Source of the DNA: Nitrospirota bacterium
GTDB lineage: Bacteria; Nitrospirota; UBA9217
Reading direction: 5' to 3'
Length of the DNA stretch: 64,000 nt
Assembly: GCA_963751455.1 (NCBI GenBank)
Contig: CAVVUN010000003.1
Location: 160,001 to 224,000 of the forward strand
The position numbers were made by a program, and so were the translations under genes. Below are positions 32,727 through 40,872 of the stretch, piece by piece (the first letter of the stretch is position 1; each line of letters starts with the position of its first letter). Below the pieces are notes generated by a model. It saw only the letters and a list, made by a program, of their open reading frames with translations, was not told where the DNA came from and did no database searches.

Positions 32727-33962
32727 GTGACATTCAGATATATTTTGATGTTTTTCTGTGTATGGATGGCATCTGCAGGGAATGCCTTTGCCGGCGGACC
32801 CGTGCACGGCTCCAGGGCTGCCGGCATGGGCACCGTTTTCGTGGGGGTGGCTGACGATCCCTCGGCGATTCTCTTCAATCCCGGGGGGCTGACCCAAACA
32901 AAAGGGACGGTTCTGTACAGCGGCATTACCGCTGTCGCTCCCTCTACCGAGTATACGGATTCTTCGGGCTCGAACTCCGCTCGGACGGAATCGCAGGTCT
33001 TCTTTCCTCCCCATTTGTATGCCGCGACCGATCTTGACACCAACGATCTCGTCTTCGGTCTCGGGCTGTACTCTCCTTTCGGAATCGGCGGCAGAAAATG
33101 GGACCCCTCCGGTCCGACCCGGTATGTATCGGTAGAAAGCAGCATTGCAACCTTTTCCCTAAATCCCACAATTGCCTGGCGGCAATCAGAAACCCTATCA
33201 CTTGCGTTCGGGGTCGATTACCTGCGCTCTGTCATGGAAATGAAGCGTATGATCGACCAGTCCCTGGCAGGCGCCGGCGATGCTTCATCGGCAGTTGAAG
33301 CGGACGGAGGCGGATGGGGGTATAACCTGGGCGTGCTCGCAAGAATGGGGGAGGCGGTAAGGATCGGTTTTGCATACCGGAGCGCCATCAGCGTCAACAA
33401 CCAGGGAGAAATGACCATTGAGCGCATCGCCCCCGCGTTCCAGCCCCTGTTCGGAGGGGAGTCTTACAAAACCGGTGTTTCGACCAGGACTCGATTCCCT
33501 GAAATATACAGCGCAGGAATCTCCTTCACGCGGGACCGGGAGTATGTTGTCGGTGCGGACGTGGAACTTGTCCGCTGGTCCAGCTTTAAACGTATGCAAC
33601 TCAACATCGACCGGGAAGTTCCTGCAGCAGGTCTGGTTGATACCGAAACCGCCCTGGACTGGAAAGACTCCTGGCAGCTGAAGTTCGGCGCGGAGTTTTG
33701 GATGAGCGATGCCGTTGCGTTGCGGGCCGGTTACGCGTTCCTTAATTCGCCGGTTCCGGATCATACACTCGAACCGGGAAACCCGGATGCCGACCAGCAT
33801 AACATCAGCATCGGAGCGGGATACCGCGCGGCGAGTTGGTGGATCGACGGCTTTTACGATATCGCCCTCTTCCGTGACCGTTCAGTCCAGAACGGGATTC
33901 TGAACGGAACATATGAAAACCTCACCCACTACGCGGGAATAAGCGTGGGGACCACTTTCTAA
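32727..33962 (+). CDS. FadL/OmpP1/TodX-family outer-membrane transporter
   Basis: Signal peptide; GMG...GVADDPSAILFNPGGL hatch motif; YSPFG; GGWGYNLG; C-terminal Phe. Confidence 0.9.
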   Translation: MTFRYILMFFCVWMASAGNAFAGGPVHGSRAAGMGTVFVGVADDPSAILFNPGGLTQTKGTVLYSGITAVAPSTEYTDSSGSNSARTESQVFFPPHLYAATDLDTNDLVFGLGLYSPFGIGGRKWDPSGPTRYVSVESSIATFSLNPTIAWRQSETLSLAFGVDYLRSVMEMKRMIDQSLAGAGDASSAVEADGGGWGYNLGVLARMGEAVRIGFAYRSAISVNNQGEMTIERIAPAFQPLFGGESYKTGVSTRTRFPEIYSAGISFTRDREYVVGADVELVRWSSFKRMQLNIDREVPAAGLVDTETALDWKDSWQLKFGAEFWMSDAVALRAGYAFLNSPVPDHTLEPGNPDADQHNISIGAGYRAASWWIDGFYDIALFRDRSVQNGILNGTYENLTHYAGISVGTTF

Positions 33963-34066
33963 AGCCTGTCGCTCCGAGATCTCTATTGCCCCCTTTTTGC
34001 GACAACAAGTCAAATTCGACCCAAAATAGCTCGAAATGTAACTATCAGGTGTCGCTTCCAGCTCCG

Positions 34067-34111
34067 TTTCACATATACCCGTCCGCTACGCGCGGACGGG
34101 TATATGTGAAA
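34067..34111. repeat. Perfect 20-bp stem-loop
   Basis: TTTCACATATACCCGTCCGC-tacgc-GCGGACGGGTATATGTGAAA. Confidence 0.9.
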
Positions 34112-34152
34112 AGCGCTAGAATCTATCCTTTGCGATAGAGGCACATACCTGA

Positions 34153-34187
34153 AAACAGAAACGCTCTACTCTTCACTCCTGAAATAA
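34153..34187 (+). pseudogene. 3'-terminal remnant of a further STAND-SARP regulator copy
   Basis: AAACAGAAACGCTCTACTCTTCACTCCTGAAATAA (TETLYSSLLK*) matches the end of copy 3 at 28/29 nt and shares the CTGAAATAA stop of copy 2. Confidence 0.8.
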
Positions 34188-34317
34188 GATCAGAACGCTC
34201 CCCCCCGGCTGTACCGGCCGAATACAATATCTTTTCTCCCCGCGGTTTAGCAGGAATACCGGAAAATCTTGTATTTCCCTTCATGGGCAGGCCAATTCCC
34301 AAAAAAAATGTGCAATC

Positions 34318-34351
34318 TGTGACCCTGTCGTGACTTTCTCTTTAGTATGCT
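34318..34351 (+). promoter_or_regulatory. Candidate SARP-type promoter
   Basis: TGTGAC-N5-CGTGAC followed by N8-TAGTAT or N11-TATGCT. Confidence 0.45.
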
Positions 34352-34455
34352 GCGCAACGAAAAGAAACCATCACTGTGCGCATATCTGAGTGTAGCATTG
34401 ATTTCGTCACAGCGGTGAAATGCCTGTGTCGGGCCGCACTCCGGAGATCGTTACT

Positions 34456-34674
34456 ATGAACAGCTATATCCTGCGCATTTACCGGGAAGAAGAAAACAAT
34501 CCGAGGAATTTCGTCGGAACCGTGGAAGAAGCGGGTGCCGGCGAGAAAAGAGCCTTCACCAGCCTCGATGAACTTTGGGCGATCCTGAATCCCGCCGCCA
34601 GAAGAAAAGCGGAAGAATTAGACGAAGCAGAGCATAACGTAAAAAGCGGGGTCCGGGTAAAACAGGGGCGCTAA
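34456..34674 (+). CDS. Small conserved hypothetical protein (YILRIYR...GTVEE...FTSLDEL)
   Basis: 72-aa ORF, duplicated at 36259. Confidence 0.7.
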   Translation: MNSYILRIYREEENNPRNFVGTVEEAGAGEKRAFTSLDELWAILNPAARRKAEELDEAEHNVKSGVRVKQGR

Positions 34675-34696
34675 TAAAAGAAAGAGGAGGAAGACA

Positions 34697-36228
34697 ATGA
34701 ACAGGTCATTCTTGTTATGCACCATGGTTTTAGCATTCGGGTTTCTGCTCGGGGCCTGCGGCAGTGACGGCGCAAACGGCAGTGACGGAATAAATGGCAA
34801 TGATGGGTTTTCCACGCTCACCATCATTACCGATGAACCAACAGGGGCCAACTGCGCCAACGGAGGCAAAAAAGTTGATGTAGGAGCGGACTCCGACAGA
34901 GACGGGGCCCTCGCCAGCGCCGAAACAACGACAACGTATTACCTTTGCAACGGCGCGACCGGCACAACGGGCTCAACCGGCGCTACCGGCCAGACAGGTT
35001 CAACCGGCTCGACAGGCTCAACCGGTGCAACCGGCCCGGCAGGACCAGGCGTTGCGTGGGTGAATGTCACGGGCACATCAGTACAGGCCGTGTCAAACAC
35101 CGGGTATATGGCAAACAATGTGTCCCAGGTCACGATCACAGTCCCGGCCTCGCCGGCGGTTGGCGATATTGTCCGGGTGTCTGGCGTCGGCGCAGGCGGC
35201 TGGAAGATCGCGCAGAATGTATGGCAGTCCATAATAGCAAGCGCTATCGAAATGATCGGCGCGGTCTGGACTTCGAGTGAATCAAACAGAAGCTGGTACT
35301 CCGTTGCCTCATCTTCTGACGGGACAAAGCTGGTGGCCGTGGATTACGGCAGCCAGATTTACACTTCGACGGATTCGGGCGCTACCTGGACGGTGCGCGA
35401 ATCAAACAGAAACTGGATGTCGGTTGCCTCATCTTCTGACGGGACAAAGCTGGTGGCCGCGGTTTGGAACGGTCAGCTTTACACTTCGACAGATTCGGGC
35501 GCTACCTGGACGGCGCGTGAATCAAGCAGAAACTGGTACTCCGTTGCCTCATCTTCTGATGGGACAAAGCTGGTGGCCGCGGTTTACGGCGGCCAGATTT
35601 ACACTTCGACGGATTCGGGCGCTACCTGGACGGCGCGCGAATCAAGCAGAAGCTGGAAGTTGGTTGCCTCATCTTCTGACGGGACAAAGCTGGTGGCTGT
35701 GGTTGACGGCGGCCAGATTTACACTTCGACGGATTCGGGCGCTACCTGGACGGCGCGCGAATCAAGCAGAAACTGGAGGACGGTTGCCTCATCCTCTGAC
35801 GGGACAAAGCTGGTGGCTGTGGTTTACGACGGCCAGATTTACACTTCGACAAATTCGGGCGCTACCTGGACGGCGCGCGAATCAAACAGATACTGGTTCT
35901 TCGTTGCCTCATCCTCCGACGGGACAAAGCTGGTGGCCGTGGTTTGGGGCGGCAAGATATACACTTCGACGGATTCGGGCGCTACCTGGACGCCACGCGA
36001 ATCAACCAGAAGCTGGAGGTCGGTTGCCTCATCCTCTGACGGGACAAAGCTGGCGGCTGTGGTTTACGGCGGCCAAATCTATACATCGATTCCGTCAGCT
36101 ATCCCAAACACAACGTAGGAACCGCAGGCTCAATCAGCGGCGGTCAGTATGATGCCATCGAACTGCAGTATGTAGGCAACGATACCTTCAATATCCTGAG
36201 CCATGAAGGCAGCCTCAATGTGCAGTAA
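34697..36228 (+). CDS. Lipoprotein: collagen-like stalk plus 7 x 40-aa repeat beta-propeller (frameshift near 36113)
   Basis: Lipobox LGAC; GxT triplets 34952-35049; repeats WTARESxRxWxSVASSSDGTKLVAxVxxGQIYTSTDSGAT; other frame ends GSISGGQYDAIELQYVGNDTFNILSHEGSLNVQ*. Confidence 0.85.
35266..36090 (+). repeat. Coding tandem array, about 7 x 120 bp
   Basis: Units recur exactly every 120 nt (atcaa at 35281, 35401, 35521, 35641, 35761, 35881, 36001). Confidence 0.95.
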
Positions 36229-36258
36229 GTCGCCGGCAACGAAGTCGCGGACAAGAGT

Positions 36259-36456
36259 GTGAACACTTGCATCGCGCGAATCTACCGGGAGGAAGAAAAT
36301 AATCCGCGGAATTTCGTCGGGACCGTGGAGGAGGCCGGCACCGGCGAGAAAAGAGTCTTCACCAGTCTGGATGGGGGAAACATACACCAAGAAAGCAAAC
36401 ACAAGAAGCGTCATCCGCTCGAACCGGAGACGCTAATCCAAGGAGGTTCTTTATGA
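36259..36456 (+). CDS. Second, divergent or truncated copy of the small conserved protein
   Basis: IARIYREEENNPRNFVGTVEEAGTGEKRVFTSLD nearly identical to the 34456 ORF, then diverges. Confidence 0.55.
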   Translation: MNTCIARIYREEENNPRNFVGTVEEAGTGEKRVFTSLDGGNIHQESKHKKRHPLEPETLIQGGSL

Positions 36457-37319
36457 AGAAATTGACGAAGTTGAAGAAATTGGCTATTTGGTCAACGGCA
36501 TTCATTTTGCTGGCGGTATTCGCCGGGTGCGGCGGGGGGAGCAATGGCGGGACCAATGCCGCGGACACGGGCGGTGACACCTCTAACGATGCGGTAGATC
36601 AGGAAACGACCGCGACTCTTACCGGCATTGTGAATTCCCAGTCGGTAATGGGCCCCACTATACAGACACAAGTCCTTTCCTTCTTTACGTATACAATGCC
36701 GGAAGGTGTTCCTGGTGGTCCGGGCTCGGGCGCGTCAGCATCGCCCAGACTTTCCTCATCGCAAGTAAAGCAAAACGCGGGCATATGCGGCTCAGGCAGC
36801 TGGTTCGGTCCTGACGGGCAGGGGTGGTATTGGCGTTCCTGTCAGTGGGGTTATGGTGACGACCAAATAACTGAGTATGCCAGGAACCTGCCCTCCCCGG
36901 AAACAGGAAGTGAATATAAAACAAAATATGTCATGGGCACTGATATAGAGGGCAAGACGACGGTAGAGACCCATACGAAAACGGCCAAAAAAGAAAATAA
37001 CTTGTACAGCGGGTTCTACGATTTGAAAACCACTTCGAGTGGTTATTCCGATACAGGATGGGCGCGTTCCACATTTACCTTCGATAATTATGATTTCGCA
37101 ACCTCAGCCGGCACATTTGAATGGTGGTCGGGAGGCGATGTGAACGACTATTTCCCGTATCAGCGTTTCTTGACAATACTGGCGATTGACAAAGGCAATA
37201 ATACCCTTCACGTTAAAGTTACCTGGCATATTAACGATTCGGCGAGCAATTCTTTCAGCTGGGAATACGATTGCCCTTATCGGTCGTCCCCAATTCCGGC
37301 CTTTGCTCCTGCAAAGTGA
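36453..37319 (+). CDS. Hypothetical lipoprotein
   Basis: AGGAGG RBS, lipobox FAGC followed by a Gly linker; no family recognised. Confidence 0.75.
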   Translation: MKKLTKLKKLAIWSTAFILLAVFAGCGGGSNGGTNAADTGGDTSNDAVDQETTATLTGIVNSQSVMGPTIQTQVLSFFTYTMPEGVPGGPGSGASASPRLSSSQVKQNAGICGSGSWFGPDGQGWYWRSCQWGYGDDQITEYARNLPSPETGSEYKTKYVMGTDIEGKTTVETHTKTAKKENNLYSGFYDLKTTSSGYSDTGWARSTFTFDNYDFATSAGTFEWWSGGDVNDYFPYQRFLTILAIDKGNNTLHVKVTWHINDSASNSFSWEYDCPYRSSPIPAFAPAK

Positions 37320-37536
37320 TATGCCTGCTGCGACGTGAAGACTGGAGCGAAGCAGGCGGAGGGGACTAAAACAAATCAGGCGCGGAGTTCGGGGAGAAAG
37401 ACAAAAAAACAGCAGTGAGAATAATCGGAGTAAACAATAAAGCAGATATCGTCAGGACTGCAGGATTGTTGTCTCGATTATTCCAAGATAGTAACGGAGC
37501 CCTTTATAAGGCCCGAAAAAACAGGAGGGAAATATC

Positions 37537-38988
37537 ATGAAGAAGCAGCGCGTTGCAGCATGGTACGGAGTGGTTCTGGTTCTTATTGCGTCCTTGGCTT
37601 TATTCGGATGCGGCGGTGGAGGAGGTGGAGGCACGCCGGGCGCCGCAACGTACACGGTCGGCGGCACGGTGAGCGGGCTGACGGGCGCGGGGCTCGTCCT
37701 CCAGAATAACAGCGGGGACGATAAGAGCATCGCCGCGAACGGCGCGTTCACATTTGCGACCGCACTCACCGGCAGTACGAGCTACACGGTCACGGTAAAG
37801 ACCCAGCCCGCAAACCAGACCTGCGTAGTCAGCAATGGTACGGGGAGCGTGTCGGCCGCGAACGTGACGAATGTGGCAATCTCATGCACGACGAACAGCG
37901 GAGTAACCACCTACACAATCGGCGGCACGGTGAGCGGACTGACGGGCGCGGGGCTCGTCCTCCGGAATAACAGCGGGGATGACAAGAGTATCGCCGCGAG
38001 CGGCGCGTTCACGTTTGCAACGGGAGTCGCAAACAGCGGGACATACAACGTCACGGTCAAGACCCAGCCCTCGAGCCAGACCTGCACGGTCGCGAGCGGC
38101 AGCGGCGCCGTGGCCGGCGCCAATGTGACGAACGTGGCAATAACCTGTGCGGCGGGTGGTGGGACCAGTAGCGGCACACATATCTATGCAACAGGCTACC
38201 ATGAGATCGTGGGGATAAATGACATGACCGGCGCAGGCTGGACCACCTTCGGAACAACCGGCACCGGTGTTAACCAGTTTGGCAGCAGTCCGCGAGGTAT
38301 TTACGCGGATGCAAACGGAAAGATCTACGTCGTGGACAAAGATAACAATCGTATCATTCGGATAGACGACATGACCGGCGCGGGCTGGGTCTCCCTGGGC
38401 AGTACGGGCGCCGGAACCAATCAGTTTAAAGGGCCGACCGGCATTACTATGGACACGGCCGGGAAAATTTATGTGGCCGACTCGGGCAACTACCGGATCG
38501 TGCGCATGGACGATATGACCGGCGCGGGCTGGACAACGCTGAGCATAAACTATCTCAGCGGCGGCATCTTCGTGGATGCGACAGGAAAAATATACGCGAC
38601 GACAGCGAGCTCGATCCTTCGGGTCGACGACATGACCGGCGCGAACCGCGTTAATTATACCGGTGCGACCAACACGTTTTCATTTCCACAAGGCATCACC
38701 GTGAATGCCGGGAAGATTTACGTGGCTGACTCATGCAATAACCGGATCGTGCGCATGGATGATATGGCCGGCACAGGCTGGACGACGCTGGCCACGAACA
38801 GCTACACCGGCTTTGGCGCTTGCGGGACGCAAAGCATCTTTGTGGATTCAGCGGGAAAGATTTATGTAGGGGACACACAAAAGGGGCTTGTACGTTTTGA
38901 TGGCATGACCGGTGCGGGCGAGACCTTAATAGTCGACTCGGTCGGCACTAAGGGATACAACTTAACGTATGGCGTCTTTGTTCGATAG
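37537..38988 (+). CDS. Lipoprotein with two Ig-like modules and an NHL-repeat propeller
   Basis: Lipobox LFGC; duplicated YTxGGTVSGLTGAGLVLxNNSGDD (37651, 37912); GKIYVADSGNYRIVRMDDMTGAGW repeats. Confidence 0.85.
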   Translation: MKKQRVAAWYGVVLVLIASLALFGCGGGGGGGTPGAATYTVGGTVSGLTGAGLVLQNNSGDDKSIAANGAFTFATALTGSTSYTVTVKTQPANQTCVVSNGTGSVSAANVTNVAISCTTNSGVTTYTIGGTVSGLTGAGLVLRNNSGDDKSIAASGAFTFATGVANSGTYNVTVKTQPSSQTCTVASGSGAVAGANVTNVAITCAAGGGTSSGTHIYATGYHEIVGINDMTGAGWTTFGTTGTGVNQFGSSPRGIYADANGKIYVVDKDNNRIIRIDDMTGAGWVSLGSTGAGTNQFKGPTGITMDTAGKIYVADSGNYRIVRMDDMTGAGWTTLSINYLSGGIFVDATGKIYATTASSILRVDDMTGANRVNYTGATNTFSFPQGITVNAGKIYVADSCNNRIVRMDDMAGTGWTTLATNSYTGFGACGTQSIFVDSAGKIYVGDTQKGLVRFDGMTGAGETLIVDSVGTKGYNLTYGVFVR

Positions 38989-39026
38989 CAACCGGACCGT
39001 GGCAACGAAGATGAAAACGCTTTTGA

Positions 39027-39057
39027 GGGAGCAGGACAGGGTCCTGCTCCCGTTTTT
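39027..39057 (+). terminator. Intrinsic terminator
   Basis: GGGAGCAGGAC-agg-GTCCTGCTCCC-GTTTTT. Confidence 0.8.
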
Positions 39058-39151
39058 CAGTCTGCTTGATGAAGTGGAGCAGGCGTGAGCCAAGGTAGGC
39101 AGCACCGTGCAGGTGAGCGGCACGACGCCGAATAGCATCTTAGCACCGGCT

Positions 39152-39800
39152 GATACGCACCCTCAACTTGACGCATGGCGAGGACTTTTTTCCTGATCCT
39201 TTGTGGCCCTGGCCGGTCAGGATCATTACGCTCGGAAAATTTGATATTCTAAAAGACGGCAAGCCGCTCGGTTTTACCCGCAAGGTCCAGCACAAGCCGC
39301 TCATGCTTCTCAAGGCCCTCATCACATTCGGAGGCAGCGAAGTCCCTGAAGAAAAGGGCTCTGATCTCCTCTGGCCGGATTCGGAAGGCGATGCGGCGCA
39401 CAGCGCGTTCTCAACCACGCAGCAGCGGCTGCGCTCGCTGGTCGGCAACGACAAAGCGCTGCTCCTGAACGAGAGGCGGCTGTCGCTTGACCATCGTTTC
39501 TGCTCAATCGATGCCTGGTTCTTTGAGCGGATGCATGAGCGGGCGGATGCACTGTGGCGCAGTGTTCATGATAAGAGCGGCCGCAAACAGGCGCGCGCCG
39601 CGGCGAAACGCATACCGTTACGGGGAAAAAGCACTCGAGCTTTACCACGGTTCCTTCCTGCCCGGTGACGCCGGCCAGGCCTGGACCGCGCCATACCGGG
39701 AACGGCTGAGAAGTAAATATCTGAGGCTCGTTCTTCAGCAAGGCCTGTACCTGGAAGGGTCTTCGCAGTGGCAAAAAGCGGTCGAGACCTTTCAGCGCGG
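39152..39800 (+). pseudogene. STAND-SARP regulator fragment (wHTH plus part of BTAD only)
   Basis: WPWPVRIITLGKF...LWPDSEGDAAHSAFSTT...RERLRSKYLRL; lacks NTPase/TPR and the last BTAD helices. Confidence 0.8.
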
Positions 39801-39905
39801 GCGGGAAGGAAAGAGAGACTTCCGACACAATCTCATTATTGCTCACCAAATGTGCAAGAGCCAGGTAGGCGTGTTTTAGGATAATTGTAACGGAAAAAAC
39901 AAAAT

Positions 39906-39944
39906 AAAAAGGACAGGCATATTGACATTGCCTGTCCTTTTTTT
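39906..39944. terminator. Bidirectional intrinsic terminator
   Basis: AAAAAGGACAGGCA-N9-TGCCTGTCCTTTTTTT. Confidence 0.8.
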
Positions 39945-39968
39945 CTTCCATTAATTTATGTAAAGATG

Positions 39969-40430
39969 TCACGGCATTTTAAATTCCTTGCCTGCTATTC
40001 TCGCAGTCAGAACGGGACAATGCGCCTTGCGCACGACCTTTTCCGCTGTGCTCCCGAACAGCATGTGATCGATACCGGTCCTGCCGTGCGTGCCGATTAC
40101 AATCAAATCCACGTTCTTTTCTTTCGCGGTCCTGATAATCTCGACAAACGGGACGCCGCGGACTACCATCTTTTCCACGTCCTTAACCTGGCCCGAAACC
40201 TCGGCAGCCCATTTATCAATTTCCTTCCAGGCGCTCTTCTCCATATCTTCGATCAGATCGGCCACCGACAGCGATGAAGGAATGTACCATTCGGCGATGC
40301 TGATGTCCTGGATAACGTAGAGCAGGATCAAACGGGCATTGTAGTCACGGGCCAGGGAAAGGGCATGGTCCATTGCAGCGCGGGCTCCTTGCGAAAAGTC
40401 AGTGGGAAAAAGGATATTCTTTATCTGCAT
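39969..40430 (-). CDS. Universal stress protein (UspA family)
   Basis: KNILFPTDFS; DLIVIGTHGRTG...FGSTAEKVVRKAHCPVL. Confidence 0.93.
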   Translation of the reverse strand: MQIKNILFPTDFSQGARAAMDHALSLARDYNARLILLYVIQDISIAEWYIPSSLSVADLIEDMEKSAWKEIDKWAAEVSGQVKDVEKMVVRGVPFVEIIRTAKEKNVDLIVIGTHGRTGIDHMLFGSTAEKVVRKAHCPVLTARIAGKEFKMP

Positions 40431-40872
40431 GGGCGCCCCCTTAGCGTGTTTTTGTGATGCTTAAATTGTATCTCCGGTTCGGCACCCTGTCAAACTGAAT
40501 CGTCATAAACCACCATGAGGGGACACAAGCTCTTTGCAAAAACAGCTGTTCGCAGTGACAAACCGGTTTTAAACGGGTCCTCGAAGGAATATTTCTTGAC
40601 TGTCAGCCTCACCTCCCATACAATACTAACTACCGAGGTCGGGAAATACTATAGCGCGCAAGAGATCAGATGTGCCTCAATTGGTAATGCCCGTAGCCGG
40701 ATTTCCTTTATCGACGCAAGGCTACATGAGGCCATGAATCCTGTCAGACCCTCGTTAGAGAACTTGTTCTGTACACTCCGCAGCTTGTTGATTTTACAGA
40801 ACAATCATTCCACTGGAAACACAGCCCGGACGTGGCGGATCTCTAATGGGTAAACGTTGAGGGGGCGGCGCA

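Noticed and set aside
35266-36090. CRISPR array or DGR variable region
   Set aside because: Units are in-frame 120-bp coding repeats without unique spacers; no cas or RT gene; some changes are not adenine-specific
40764-40804. 10-bp inverted repeat TTGTTCTGTA/TACAGAACAA upstream of the kinase
   Set aside because: Single occurrence with no supporting context; could be an operator but cannot be supported
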